64,000 nucleotides of DNA from Polymyxa betae A26-41 (GCA_003693705.1 RBZT01000312.1:1-64000); one strand, 5' to 3'; counted from the stretch's first letter, positions 48,401 to 63,400 are shown. The notes: generated by a model from the sequence alone, not told the origin. A program made the numbers and translations.

Positions 48401-51400
48401 TCGTCGGGAAGACGGGCAGCTCCGAGCCGCTGATTCGTGTTAGTATCGCTCACGACTCCTTCGATCTGGTCTGGACCGTCGGTGTTCGCATTTCGTGGAT
48501 TCGTTGTGTGGTGGTTCCGAGATTTCTTTTCGAACTATCCGCTGCTTTTGCCCGCTCTGCAGATCTAACAAATCACGGTCCGGGTGCGTCAGCATGCTTT
48601 CGTTATACTCTCAATGTCGCCAATCCGATCCTTCTCGTTCCCTACAATAATGCTGATTCGCATTCGAAGTTCTTCGTGCTGAGTATGGCGCAGATCCGTC
48701 TGGGGACAGTCGGCAACGAGGATCCGCCTCCTAATTGTATCAGCAACTACCGCCTGGAAGTCTGTTCGTTACAGGCTCGTAGAGCGCGTCAATCCGACTC
48801 GGGCTTGACGCTCATTGAGAACTGCGATCTGATCCTGGACTTTGTTGAGAGCTCGTCCGCCGATCGGATTATCAACTGTCGCTTATCACCCAGCGCCGTC
48901 ACTTTGGGCAATGCCGAGGTCGTACTGTTCACCGAGCTCGTGTCGCTGCTCCAGCCACTTTGGGCCGCTTCCCCCGAGATCGTTTCGGTGGTCGATGCGC
49001 CGCTCAATATTTCTGCTGTGTTCGATTCGATTCAATTGAATCTGATTGCAGCCGGGACGACCGACGATGTGTTCGTGTCGGTTCGGGTCATGAATCTGAT
49101 CTGCACACTCGCAGAATCATTGCAATCTTGTCAGTATGCTGTCACAGCCTCACAAGCCGTCCTCCAAGAACGTTCGTCTGATGTCGACTTGATCGCGGTT
49201 CAGTCGATGACAAGATCGAGACCAGGTCTATCGCTGGAATGGAGCCAAGTCGAATCGGAACCAGCGGCATCATCGGTCCAGATATCCTCTCTCAGTTTCC
49301 GCTTGGATGATCAACCATTCTGGAGGATGACGACCAAGCTGTTCGCGTTCATTCCAGAGCGTGCTGAACACCCGCATGCTGCCTTCGAGCCAGCACAGCT
49401 GATTCCTGCTCGTCCAATAAGTTTATTGCTGGAGGTCGATGTGCTCAATTGTCGCCTCGATGACAATGACGACAATGCAACGCTTCTGTTCAGCACGGCG
49501 GTCTCTGTTACGATGCAGTTCGCAGATTCATTCCCGTTCGCTCTGGATCATTCCGCTTGTCGGTTGTCCGCTTCCTCTGTCACTTTAGAACGTTCTTTGG
49601 ACGACGACAGTGACGGCACACAGATCGTCTCCACCTCTCTCATTCTTCCGTTCAGTTCCCAATTTGTTCTGGAACGTATCGAGGCGGGCGATTGCGTTGT
49701 GGCGCTGCACCTTCCGAAACTCGATTGCTGCCTGTCGGTGGATGATGCGATCTGTTGCTGGAATCTGATCGGGTCTCAGCTCGCGCTACTCGAACGCGAT
49801 GGGCTCTCTTCGAGTTCATCTCCATCAGCATCGTTGCTCAAGGTCGCTCTTTCTGTAGATGAAGCTTGTTTTCAGATTGTCGACGATTGTGCGACGGTCT
49901 TCAATGCGCCAATGTTTCGCGTTCGTATTGAAGAATCGTCCGCTGAGATCACGGATCGATTCGTTCAGCTTGAACGTTCTCTCAACTGCAAGATCGATGT
50001 CCGATTGGAGTGCGACTCGTACAATAGAATCCTGAATGAATGGGAACCCGCTGTCGAGCCTTGGACCTTCCAAGTTGAATCGAAATCCGGTTCGTTGATA
50101 AACGATCTCATCTTGAGCTCCAGCAAGACTCTCGATGTGAATCTCTCGGTCGCATCGCACGCCAATCTCATCCAGGTCGTATCGAGTTGGCAGCGATTAC
50201 GTGGTCGTCGTATTCGAGGTCCGACTATGATGCGAACTGATCAGCGGCGCCATTTCTCGGTCAAGAACAAGACCGGGGTTCTGCTTCGTGTTTCGATCGA
50301 TTCGTCGTCAACTTCGGACAGCTATGAGATCCCTCCAGATCAGGACGTCATCCTCCAGACCAAACAAGATGATTGGAACATGAAGGAGCTGTTTGCTGAT
50401 CGTCGTCATCCGAGGCACACCGCCTCCAAATCGTTGACTGTTTTCATTGCTAATGGTCACGATCCCGATTCGTCTTCGTTCGATTATTGGACGCCGATTC
50501 GTCATATTCCCATCGATGGGACGAAGATTGGTGATGTCAATGTCCATGCTGTGAACCGTGCTGAAAACTTGAGCCCTCGAAAAACGCGGACCTCCAAAGA
50601 CGACCTCTCCCAATTGATTTCAACGAAAACATTCCTGCTGTCGTACCTATCGTCGAAGAACTCGATGACGATTTCGTCACCTGTTCTGATCCGCAATCAT
50701 ACGCCAGCGAATTTCTGTTTTCGAGTTCAGACCAGCGCCGAGAGCGTCGTCGGTCAGTTCTTCGTCCAATCTGGAACCGATTGTCAGTTTCCAATGTGGG
50801 CGCTCGATGACGCTCTCGGCAACGCCACCTGTTTAATTCGACCGTTCGGATCGTTCAGCGCCGAGTTCGCCACATTTTTCACGCTGAACGAGCTGCATCT
50901 GCTACCGGAGCGCCTGTTGCCATCTCGACTTGTTAATTGTTCGGGTCGTATCGGCGTTTACAAAACTACGGGCTTCACGTTTGCGATGCGCTCCTGGACG
51001 AGAAAGATGTCGTCGTCGGCATTCGGAATCATTATCGAACCGATTCTTTCCATCATCAATGAGTTGCCGTGTCCTTTGCATTTCTGCCTTGAATCGGACG
51101 AACCCGACGACGTCAACGAACCGATCGCGCCTGGCGGCATCACACATATTCACCACGCCACCGCCAAATGTCGGTTTCGGCTATCAGGCGGCTCTCGATG
51201 GTCAGATCTGGTAGCGATTCGCGACCCGAATCCTGATAGTGATCGATCCATTCTTCTGGATTCGAGCGTGGAAGGATCGGCTCCGCAACCCATCAAGCTG
51301 GAGGCGGTCATGGTCGATTGCACCTGTCGTCTGCATATTCGTGTCGATTATTGGTTCATCAATCGAACCGGTCTGAAACTGTTCTATGGCGTCATGGACC

Positions 51401-54255
51401 CGTCTGGATCGCACGCCCTCAAATATCAATTTCGTCTGTGTCCCGGGCTCGATCCATCCGAGATCTCGTCCCGGCCGCAATTCAAAAGTTCGGCGGCATC
51501 GCTACGATCGCTACCGGTCTGGGCGGATAACGCCCCTTGGTATGCATTCCCGGGACCACGACGCAAAGAAATTGAAACCGCGAACCCTGCTCTTGGTCTG
51601 GTCTTATTAGCTACAGAGCAGACCGCACCTCATCTTAGCTGGCGTCCATCGTGTCGCGATCAGGCACCGGAAACCTGCTCGCAAATGTTTACGTCGAATC
51701 TGGGCAGTTTGATCGGCGTTCGTCTGAGCGATTCGGAATGGTCAGCGCCGTTCCCGATTGATTCCATCGTCCCGCTTCACGTCAGCTTCCAGTCGATCCG
51801 GCCGCATAGCAGCAGCGGTCGCGATCCGGTGTTTCGAATGTTCGACGTTGGCGTGTCTTGTACGACGCAGGCGTCGACGACGATGGTGACGATTGCGCCC
51901 CGATACGTACTGCACAATAGCACTCGACGCGATCTTCAATATCGCCAGGTCGGCACGATGGAACGCGTCACATTATCGCCCGGCTCCGAATGTGCCGTTC
52001 ACCGCTACGACAGTCGAAAACTGCCCCATTTGCTGTTCCGGTTTCGGCAATTTGGAGCATCATGGTCCGGGTCGGTTGCCATCGATCAGGTTGGAACCGT
52101 CGCTCTGCGTCTTTTGAATCGACATAATCAAGACCAATCTTGTATTGTTCGCATCGATTGTACACTGCGCGATGCCACTTTCGAGATCAACGTGTTTGAG
52201 GACCCTGTTGTCGTTCAAGCTCCATATCGCATCGAGAACTTCACGTTCCTGACGCTGTTGTTCGCCCAAGACGGCGCTGATATTCGCCAGGAGCGTGTCC
52301 TGCCGTATCACTCGAAGGAGTTCGCCTGGGATGAACCGATGAAATCCCGCAAGGTCGTGGTCTACGCCATTGTTGACGGGCGCTCCGACAATCCCAAGAC
52401 GCATTATGTTGGGACTTACAGTCTCGATCGTCTTTGCTCGCATTCCGCTGTCCGGCTCGCCGGCCATGATCGAGTATTACCACATTCTCGTGAGCTGCGA
52501 GTTGATGTGGTTGCCATCGGTGCTGTTCGAGTTCTTCGTGTGTTCGATTCGATGCTCGACCAATCGTTGAAGATCACCCATCACGAACCCAACTATTCGT
52601 TCGGCGTTCGCCTGAAGCTTGCTGCTCTGGGTGTTTCGTTGATTGATATGACGCGTTCTGGACGCGATCAGCAACGACGCGAGATCGCGTACGTCAGCGT
52701 TCGTCGCATCTTGGTCGATGTTCGACGAGTTCAGGACGTGACCGGAGAGTTGCGCATCCGTGCCGGATCCATCCAGATTGACAATCAGTCGACATCGGCC
52801 GCCTATCCCGTGGTACTGGTCCCCAGCGCCCCGATCCCCAACGATTCCGACGTTTTCCTGGATTTCTTCATCATCAAGAGTTTGCAGCAGTCGAACGATG
52901 AATTCCAGTTCTTCCCGCATTGTTCATTAACGATTCGACCGCTTGATTTGCGCTTGGAGGAATCGTTTCTGTCCGTGTCTCTCAAGTATCTGTATCCTTC
53001 CCTGAAGTTGTCCGACCAAACGTCATCAACAATAGGAACCGGTTCTCCAACTCGAGCGCTCTCTCCGGTCCGCCCGGGGTCCCGATTCCGATTCGATTCC
53101 ATCCCAGCGGCAACGATCACTCGTTTCTATTGCCAGACGCTGTCGATATCGAGCTTGTACATTCGTGTGAGTTTTGCCAGTGCACCGGTCGTGAACTCCA
53201 GCGCTGTCAACCCATTCCGGGTGTTAGCTCGGGCAGCTGGCGCTTCACTGGCCAATATTGAGGATGTTCCTGTTCGGCTGAACGCGGTTCACGCCAGCGA
53301 TCTTTTTGGGACCGGGTCGAGTTTAGCTGTTCGTCTGGCGCATCAATACGTCGTGCAGCTGGTTCGCGAGGCATATAAGCTTCTGGCCAGCGCCGATGTC
53401 CTCGGCAATCCCATCGGGCTGCTGTCGAATCTGTCGCGCGGCGTTATCGATGTCATCTATCTTCCTTTACGAGGGATCTTCATCAGCAAAAGCCCGAGGG
53501 CTTTCGCCGTTGGTGTTTGGATGGGATGTACCAGCCTGCTCCGGAATTTGTTGTTTGGATTCTGTAATGCATCGGCGAAGATCACTTCCAGTATAGCTAA
53601 GGGTGTCACATCTCTCGCTGTTTACAATGATGATCGATTCTCAAAGTACCGAACGGTGCCTTGGGCGTTGCTGTACGGCACTGTGGGCTTGTTCGCCGAA
53701 CCATTCAGAGACACATCGAGCATGTCGCAAATGTATCGCGGGTTCGTTCGTGGCTGTACCGGGTTCATTCTATTGCCTCTAGCAGCTGGCTTTCATACGT
53801 TGGCGAGTGTTTCTGATATGTTACGTTCGCTGTCCGATATGAGGTATCGACCTGCACGCAGCCGATTGCCCCGCCATTTCGATCAAGGGATGATCCTAAA
53901 AAAGTACGATTTTTTCCCGGTTGAGGTTCGGAAGTTTGCCGCCAAGGCCCTGGTAAATATGAACGAGTTTCTGGTCGGTGTCGTGAGCAATCCGCCGAAT
54001 TTCGTTGTGGTGACATCAGAGAGCATCTTCGTTCTGGACAATACCGAGGCACAGCGTGTGCTCACACAAATTTCAATTCGTGAGGTGTTCTCTATGACCA
54101 CATCGGAGAACCACAGATCTTTGAATCTGGAGATGGTTGGCAATGCAGTGCCCACCGTTGTGCTCGATATTGGCAGCGAGGTCAACGCTCGCGCTGTCAT
54201 CAAAATGTTTAAATACGTTCGTCGAAGACAGAGACGGATGCGCCATCTGCAATAA
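45458..54255 (+). CDS. VPS13: VPS13-family lipid transfer protein (~2900 aa), one evident intron ~47662-47718
   Basis: Chorein N-terminus (MFENLVASRLSAFLSAYVEG...WNGRLDLHNL), WEPAVEPW, VAB repeats (APRYVLHNST, PYRIENFT, FAWDEP), LGVSLID, QIDNQ, SADVLGNPIGL, RSRLPRHF. Confidence 0.95.
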
Positions 54256-54539
54256 ATTTATTCGATATGTGTTGTGCTAGATATTTCTGTTTTCTTGATT
54301 AGAAATATCTTGTCGTCGGCAACGTTTGTCGATTAAGCAGAGTCACCTGAACTCTCCCAGCCGTTGATGTCAGAATATTTCTTTCAATTGGATCAGGCGT
54401 AATCAGAAGGTTCCAATCACTCATCTAAGGCCTTCACATATATCGACTTCTATCTCCTCGATTCTTCCGCATCCAATCGACTGCTGAAAGCATCGTCTGA
54501 AACGTGACTGAAGAGGGCGTGGCCTTTCCATTGCAAGTC

Positions 54540-57500
54540 ATGATCATTCCTCCTTCCCCTCTATATGATTGGATTCAGTCCCATGGCGTGCCTTTATCAC
54601 AAATTCAAGACCTCGATCGTGAGCTCATCTCTGGAAGGATCCTACAGCAGATCCTCGATCTGCCGTCATCTCATAACATTTGGCCTCGAATCGCGGCAGA
54701 GCTGGCCCCGCTCGGTATTGTCGTGACTGACGCTTGCATCGAAGCGATTCACACTGGTGATGCCAGCTTAGTCTGTGATATTCTTTCCGAGCTGCATAAT
54801 CGATCCACGACAACTGATGAGCTGATCAGCGTTTTGCAAGGTTCACTGCATAGCTGTCTGCATATTGATCAGGCCTATGCCCTCCAGCTGCTCGATCATC
54901 GCATCAACATTCAACTATCAGAATATCTTCGTCAAGGCAGATCTGGCGTCATTGAATGGCTTTCTGCAATCATCCAGTCAATTGATAGTGTATGTGGTGC
55001 TATTGGATCGCAACCTCTCAATCTGATCTACATACTACGTTTGCTATCGCCGGCTTTACATTGCCAAACCGATAGGAAAGTCTGTCAGTTGACTTCAAGA
55101 ATCATCGCGTTGATCGCGATGAAAGTGATTCCGACTAGCACATCGATGATGGAGTGTGCCTGGCAATGGATCTCGGGATATTCAGCAGGACTAGTCACCC
55201 TCATTGACGCTTGGCGCTTTCATCCATCACTGTCGTTCATTTTGCTGCCGATGCTAGAATGCCTTGTCGCCCATCGAATCAGTGACGTCGTTCGTTTTAT
55301 GCTGCCGAAAACATTTCAGAACGATGCTGAACGATATGGTCATACACATTAAGCCAATATGACGTAAAGGAGCTTAGTTTGGTTTAGGATTCATACAAGA
55401 GCTATTCGCTGTCAGCTGCCCTAATCATGAATCATCGTATCTGACTGAATCACTTATCGATCACATCTTCCACGACGTCGTCGCTATTATCTCAAATAAT
55501 GCTGCCCCGAAAGCGACTGTCGTTTCGGGCTTAAATCTGGTCACACAGATAATGATAAGCTACTATGAAGAACTCTTACATATTGATCCGGAATACCCGA
55601 ACTCCATACTTGCACTACTACGACAAGGATGCAGGGGCAAAGCTCACATCGATATTCAGGTATAGATTATGCTATCATGACACAGTAATTACCATATTAA
55701 CTCTATTTGCATAGACGGCAAGTATCGCAAACCTTTCTGAGCTGTTAACAGTCTGTTTAGAGAAGGATCCCTGTTAGTTCTGAGTAACGTCTCCGGACAT
55801 CCATATCGTCTAATATCTCGTTTAGCATGTGAACAACCTTTATCGATTCGGGTATTCAAGTCGCTAATATTCATCATGATGGATCGATACGATGACGACT
55901 TTACACGCCATTTCGTGTCGTTTAATCTTTGTCTGATTATTCAACATTCACCTTCGCTTCCTGTTGATATTCTTGGAATTCCACTCTTGAAACAGGTTTG
56001 TTTTCTGTAAATTCGCCCCTTAGAAAATCAATGTGACTATAATATGCAGATTCTGCTCCATTCGATAACTAATCAAGATATCGATTTGCTGGTTGCACTT
56101 AGTAAGCACGAGCAATTATCATTTCGTACTGGAGCTCTCTTGCTGCATGTGTTAGCAAAATTGTGTCTTCAGACTCCAGCTCAGGTTGCTCGCCTAGCCT
56201 CCATTCCTTTCTGCATTGCTATCTGCAGGTTTCAAAACCACCCCCAAATCCAGCAATATATTCAAAAGTAGGGTGTAATGAGTGCTCAATTTTAGACAAA
56301 CTGAAATTGGATTTAGATTGTCGCTAATGGCAATGCGTACAGTGATTGAGAGCGAACATGTCAACGACAATCAGGAATCTGCTGGAAAGGAAGGCGTTGC
56401 CACATTGGCTCTCGAACTTATCGCCAAAATCGTCCATCTTCCGTATCCTTTTTTGAAAGCGCAGATTCATCCGCTAATTGTGACAGCGATCAGTCAATTT
56501 CGCAAGTCAAACGGATATGGCCATATCGGATTGGAAGTAAGCTTGTTGGCAACTCCAGTTATTGAATTAAGAACAATTCAAATAGACACTGGATGATTAT
56601 TTAACCAATGAGAGCGAATTTGGTTTAACCGACCTTCTCGGCGTTCAATTTGGTGAACCGGTTTCCAACGATGAAGTTGACCGTTCCGTTGCTAAAGCCC
56701 ATGCTACAAATGCAAAACCACCTGAAAGCATCCAAAGTGCACCTCAACGCAAAGAGGAATCCCAGCCAAATTTAACTGTTACGTCTGAGGATGTCCAATT
56801 AAGCGCGAAATCGCGCGTCAAATTGAAGTCTGACCTGGAGAAATCCACCGTAAAACCCAATAAAGACCGGCTCCAGCACGCGACAAAAAAGGCACCGACA
56901 ACCTCTGGAAGGCGTGTCGTATCTAAACTGCAGATGCAACTGAGCAGGTCGGAAAATAATAATGCTCGATCAGTTGATCATGAGGACAGACCTACATCCC
57001 ACAAAAGATCTTCAGCACAAAATGTTTCGAGCACCTCCCAACATGATTCTGGTGTGAGAGCAACGATTTCGAAGGAGAGCGAAATTACAGAGTCTTCTAA
57101 GTTTAATAACACTGATGGTCACACGATCCCTGCAGCTCTTAAGAGAACAGATAAACCAAAGGACATAGGATCTAGCGTCCGATATAAGCATGTGAAAAAA
57201 GAAGCAACAGTGACTCAAGAAGCAGGTGAGAACATTTCAACAGACTTTCAAAAATTCTCAACAGTTTTCTAGATCAAATTGAAGGCCTGTCATCATTGTT
57301 AAAACAAAACGATCGCCTCCTTCGGGATATATTCCGCGAATATAAAGGCCAGCGTCCTTTGATCGCCAAATTTAACACATTCGACTTGCAGACTAAAGCT
57401 GATGCTTGCATGTCTATCCCGGATTTCATCAAAGTAATCGTTTTGCAGCCAATGTTCTTCAACGTAATTACTCTGTGATAGTTCTGGGAAGACATCTCGG

Positions 57501-58940
57501 CTTGTCCTGGGTACATTTCCAGAAGTGCTGTTTCCGGTATCTTCCGATCATGCTGCTCTGGAGAGCTTTCGTCAATGCTTATCAACTACAAAGAGTTTGT
57601 CCAGTCTGTATGTAGAGTTGGCCGACATATCTCGCAAGAGATCGACCATTCAGAAAAGAGCTCAAATATCTTAGCGAGGACTTCGCTCATTATCAACATG
57701 ATTAAGGAGGCGCGCGAATCCAGAGCAAAAGTATGTTTTGTAAATTATCTCGACAATCGATTCCTATATCTGCAAATAGAAAATGTCTGTGAAAGAAAAC
57801 AAACCGTCACGATCGGCGCCGAAGTCAGACCCTGGCTCACTATCCCGTAGTAATTTGAAAGATAAGGTGAATGCTCGATATTTCCAGGAATGGTGGATTT
57901 CGATGCTTATTGGCTTATGAAGGAGGAACACATGGTAGAAGAAGTGGTGACAGTAATGACGGAGCTCATGTCAGCAGCATCTTGGGAGAAGATTGACCGT
58001 AAACAATTAAAATCCATGTTGAAGCCAGCACGGAAACAAGATCAAGTTAACTCTGTGGATGACAAGTCAACACAAGAAGCTGACGAAAAGGAGCGGAGAA
58101 GACAGAAAAGAAGAAAAGAGCTGTATTTTCATCAATGATTTGCAGCTTGAATGCTCACAGTGTTACAGTGCTAAACAATTGGCGGTACGAAGACAAGAAG
58201 TTATCGCGAAGGAAGCTGCAAAGAAGGCGGAGATAGAAGAAGCTAAAAGACAAGAAGCTGAGTCAAGGGAATCGAAAAAGAAGGCAGCTGAACAAGAAAG
58301 GTTTGCGATGCGAAGAAAGCTGGAACAGTACCAGAAAAAAAAACAAGTGACATTCGAAGACACTGTCTCAGAAACAGTACTGAGTGTATTTAGGAGGAGG
58401 AACAGAAAAAGAAAGACATCGAAGAAGCCAGAAAGCGACTGGAACTGGAGGAGCGAAAGAGAAGCATTGCGTTGTTCCAGAAGCAGAAAAGGGAAAGAGA
58501 ACAATTAGAACAGCAATTGCAAGCGCAGAAAATCGCAATCGAACAGAATTCAAATGAAATTAGAGCTCCAACGCGCCAGCAAAAGGACCGTGGTAAATCT
58601 CCAGTGAAATCTACGAAGGAATCATTGTCTGCTAAAGAAGGTATCAACTGTTGCTCTTTTTGCCAGGCTGTTAATTCTGTGCTCTAGGAATAAGCCAGAA
58701 CAAACTCAGTAATGTGGAATCAGAAGCAAGAGCGGAGCCGCTTGAAACAAAGAGTTCGGTTTTTCACCATCATAAGTAAGAACTATCATCTGAATGCAAG
58801 TTGTAGAAACCCCTGAAGATACTCAAAGCAAGGACGAAAAGAAAGTCACAACTCCTACAGGTTTGGAAGAACCCTCATCTGAATGCGATATCTGATGACA
58901 GTTAGATGCGATTAATGAAGAAAAAGTCAATGTTGCCTGA
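54540..58940 (+). CDS. Uncharacterised large protein: CH-like N-terminus, helical repeats, charged coiled-coil C-terminus; multi-exon
   Basis: Continuous exon chain with GT-AG introns; N-terminal LYDWI...NIWPRIAAELAPLGI..IEAIHTGD..VCDILSELH resembles a calponin-homology (SPEF1-type) domain. Confidence 0.55.
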
Positions 58941-59048
58941 ATATAATTATGGCATACTTCCGACAGTCACAAAAGAATCCAAGCTCGCCATCGAGGGAAT
59001 CCCCAACTACAAAGATGCGATTTTCGGTATTAAATGAGACGAGGCAAT

Positions 59049-60375
59049 TTATAAGCTGCTCTTAAGAGCGCCGTTGGCATTGCGGGCTATTTTCATGACT
59101 TGCTCGGCGACCAAACCACCACCAAAAAACCAGGACCCTGCATTAATACATGAACGATTTGGGGAATCAATTTAGTGTTAAAAACTGACCTCCGTCAACA
59201 GTGATTGTCGATCCGGTTATGTATGACGATGCCTCTGATGCTATCGACAAATTCAACAAGGTTTTTACCAGAATGCAAACAGTAAAGCTCACCCAGAAAC
59301 AGAGCAGCATTGGCGATCTCATCCGAGTTTCCCATACGACGCAATGCTATCCGCTTGCGCCAAGTTGCAGTAATCTGGTCACCGAATTTCCCTCCGAGCT
59401 TGTGAAATCCAACCGTATCCTGTATGGGACCACTATGGGATCTTTCAGACACGGTCGTATATTATCTAGTCATTCAGCACTAACGGAGCAATATTGTTCA
59501 CTCGAACTCCATGACTGTATCAGTTAGATTAACACACCGAAACCCATCCACATAATCAAGTAGGACGTACTTTCCCCATTCATTAGCTAGATGTCGTGAC
59601 ATTCCTACGAGAAATGTCAAAATTCGGGCTGATCGGATAACACACTCCCATTAACCTTCAATAGCAGCTTTTGCAGATCCGGCATGGACCTGCAACAGCT
59701 CTCCATTCCAATGCAGAGTGGCAGTAATATTGATGATGACACCTCCTTGTTTCTTCACAAATCTCAGCATCGATTACACTTACTGCCGGAAAACAACCTT
59801 CATAGACTGAATGAATACTTGCTGCGACATTAGGAACGTTCCATTTGTATCGATGTCAATCACGTTCTTAAAAGCATTCGCTGATAAAGACTCTGCTGGA
59901 GCCAGAAAGTTGCCAGCGGCGGCTGTTTGCCCTTTAGCCAACCTCTACATTAACAAGCTGAACATGTCCTCATACCATTCACTAAAATATCAATCCGTCC
60001 CCATTTCTCGACGACAGAGGTTACGAATGCCTTCACTGATTCCGATGTGCGAACATCAAGCTGTAGACCGAACGCAGACCCGCCGGTAGCTGTCTCCAGC
60101 TTGGTCACGGCCGCCTACACCAACTGTCAGAAACGACAAATGCCCCAAATATCTCCATGCAAACAAACCTGAACGACGTGAAGGCGCCGAGATCCGATCG
60201 CGACGAGGGCGCCATGGCGCAGGAAGAACTCGGCAATTCGGAACCCGAGCCCGGTCGCACCGCCCGTCACCACTGCTACCTGGCCCTGCAGCAGATCGGA
60301 ACGGAACGGCGACCGAATCGGCCCGGTACGGCACTGGATGTCGGCGCCGTCTTCATTGGCTTTCCCGCCCGCCAT
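59049..60375 (-). CDS. DECR2: Peroxisomal 2,4-dienoyl-CoA reductase, multi-exon
   Basis: [68 protein letters not shown]; ends ...KSSL* (PTS1-like). Confidence 0.92.
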
Positions 60376-60432
60376 TTAAAATCTGTGCTTTTGTCACACA
60401 ACAGGGCTGCTCAGTCACTGTTATCACACTTG

Positions 60433-60918
60433 TTACGAATCCAGATTTTTATTCATTTCTAACTGCTCCTGCAGCGCTTCGTCATCACGACTGTTACCTG
60501 ATACCATGCCCTGTTGTTTCAACTGATTGAATCGGCCTTGCAGCTGTATCATCTCGTTCTGATAGCGCGACATCAACATGCCGATTTCAGCAGCTACGAG
60601 TCGAATTTCAGCCTCAATAACGATGCAGTACCAAACGGCAATGCAAATCAAGGGACCTTGTACGAACCAAGCTGACAGGTCCGAGGTCGTACTGGACCGG
60701 ACTGGGGCCGCGGGCTGCCCTGGCTCTAATGCGTCGCCCTTCTTCCTGAATCGAGACCGTAATCGCGACTCGGACGGTTCGGCGCCTCGTTCGTCATCGT
60801 CATTGGTATCGATATGAAATGTCCTGAGATCAGAGAGAGGTGTTTGAAAATCGGCAAAATAGTTTGTGAGTGACTGTTTTTACAAGGAGGCGGAGCCAGT
60901 ATGGTTCCGATCAGCCAT
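60433..60918 (-). CDS. Small hypothetical protein with C-terminal coiled coil
   Basis: ATG 60918, one GT-AG intron, frame continues into ORF 60433-60651; no recognisable family. Confidence 0.4.
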
Positions 60919-61472
60919 GATATGATGCCCTTTATATCGGCATTTCGTCATACATAACCAGCCCTGGCCAAAATCAAATTCACAAAAGCGGGTTGTTTTT
61001 CAAGTTATGGAGTTTTGTCAGCGATATTAGAACTGGAAATTCGACCCATAGAAAAAGTGAATGTGAAAACAAATAACTTAGTGACGAACCTGAGTTAGAG
61101 CGTGATGTAATCTGGCCCGATGTAAACGTAGCTGATCGAATGCAGACATAAACTGGATAAAAACTTGGTCGAGCTGAAGTAGATGATCGCCATCGTCCGC
61201 TGCTGCTAGCAGGCAGTTGTCATCAGACATTATCTAACGTCACGATCTTCGCAACTTACTTTCAGAATACGAGTTCCACGAAATCTGCGCGCTTTCAGAG
61301 GCTGGTTGAAGTGTCGGGCATCGACTTTTGGACATAGAAAATGAACATTTCACTTTTGTATGTTAAGTAAGTGCGTAAGGTCATGAGAGGAGTGGAACGC
61401 AGCCTTTTCTTTGCTGATTGCTGAACTGGACTTGGAAGGCGGGACCCTTCAAACATTTCTGTCATTTGCTTA

Positions 61473-63400
61473 ATGACGACAACAAGGTCGACATCAGTCT
61501 CGGTTCTATCATCTATTTGGAAATGTCAACAGCTTATCCAGTCCAGATCGGCATCCAGTCAAATTAAAGGCATCTGTCTGTTTCTCGACCTTCTATCACA
61601 AGCACCGGTTAATTTCCACCGTCTCTGCACCACTCTCTACCAACAAGTATCAACCAGTGCCTAACGTCATCAAATCAACTGAAGCTCTAACCCTAGCTTA
61701 TCTCCTCGACGGCTATACCATTACCTCGACGTCTTCATTCCACAATGATCCACTTTCATTTGAAATGTCACGACTCGGTATGTGATATTTATAGGTGTAA
61801 GAGCCTTGCAGAGTTCTAACAGATGTATAGAACAGAGCTTTAGGCGTTGTCAATCATACATTAGATAGACACTTATTAGTTCCAATAGTCAAATATCAGT
61901 TTATGACAGGACATATAAATGATGCATTCCATCTATTCCAGCAAATTCCACATGATGCTCTCGATGTCCGGACGATCCACTTCGCATTACGTCGTACTGC
62001 TTCTCTGGTGTGTGCTAGCCCATCTGCCAACCTCTGTCGCTCAGATAAGTGTTCTAGGGCCGACTTTCAGATATCCTTCGTGAGATACGTCGCTTACATG
62101 TGAAGCCTTGCTCTCATATAACTGACATACTGGTCCGGAGTGCCATTGTCCATGATCGTCCTTGCCTGGCCTGGGTAAGCGACTTCCTTAATACAAACCC
62201 TAAACCCTAGGGAGATCTGAACCCAACTTAGCGGATCATCCGAAGCAGCGTTCGACGTCATATCCGGCCACATTCATCTACCATGCTGAGGCTTTTTGAA
62301 GAGACCCAGGCGCCGTACCTTCCCATCACTCCGGTACCGGCCCTGAACCCACTTCTTGTCGATTACAATCAGGCCCTTGCTCTGGTAGCCGGCCGTGCTG
62401 AACCACCGGTCTCGGTTGTAGCTGCCCTGGCTGCTGGTAAACTACCTCTAGCATTGACATTGCTGGATAACGGGGCGCCACTCCCGGATCACGCTTTGAG
62501 GCTGCTGTTGCGTCGTGCGGCGGCCGCTGGTCCCGAAATGTTGGCCGGGCTAGCACGACGCTGGTCTATGGAAGGCCGTTTGTGGAATTGGACTCTGCAT
62601 CAGTTGAATGTTCGGCAGAGATCAGATTTGGCCTTGGACCTGTTAGCAGGAAACCCAAAAACCCTAAATCGCGACCGCTGCACATTCAACACAATGCTAT
62701 TGGTGGGTGCAGGACGTGGTCATCTCTCTCAGACGATTCGGCTATGGAGAGAAGTAGCCGGATCCGCTCTTGATTCCTACACCATCTCCATACTGGCCCT
62801 GGCTTGTGCGCGCTGTACGAACCGGTAGTACTGGTTTCGAAGGAGCGAATTCGTTTTCTGTTAACTGATATATGTATGATACAGATCGACCTCGTGGATA
62901 GCGGCATTATGGGTTTATGCGTTGAGTTACGATCTAGGCGATGGTCATCCGCCCGTACAGGCCCTGTCTGCGATCGTGCTGGCTCTGTGCAAGTCGGATC
63001 GGACTCCACTGGCCCAGCAGCTGCTGGACGAATGCATTCGGATCCGTGGTTTGTCTCCAGACGGTTATCTTCGCATGCAAGTGGCAGACCTCTGCCTGCG
63101 CCTACCATGAATGAACAAGATATTTTCTGTACTCGGGAGGTTGGTGGAAGGATGCCGCCTGTATTTATCGCCGACATCCATCAACGTATTGTTCATCTCC
63201 ATCAACGATGTCCGTGAGATGGTGTTGTTTATCTTTAATCGCCATCCTGCTGACCATGGCGTGGCTCAGTTCAGAGTGATGCGAATAGGTTGCGGAAGGC
63301 CGCCCATCACTTCGACCTCGATCCGGGAAGTCGACAACATCAACGTTTACTGCCGAGAACGACTCTGAGTCCGTTATCACTTCCCATTGAAATACATCAA
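61473..63400 (+). CDS. Pentatricopeptide-repeat-like protein, multi-exon (ends approximate; in-frame TGA at 63108-63110)
   Basis: GHINDAFHLFQQI, TFNTMLLVGAGRGHLSQTIRLWREV..DSYTISILALACAR, ALSAIVLALCKSDRTPLAQQLLDEC..RGLSPD are PPR-like ~35-aa units. Confidence 0.6.
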
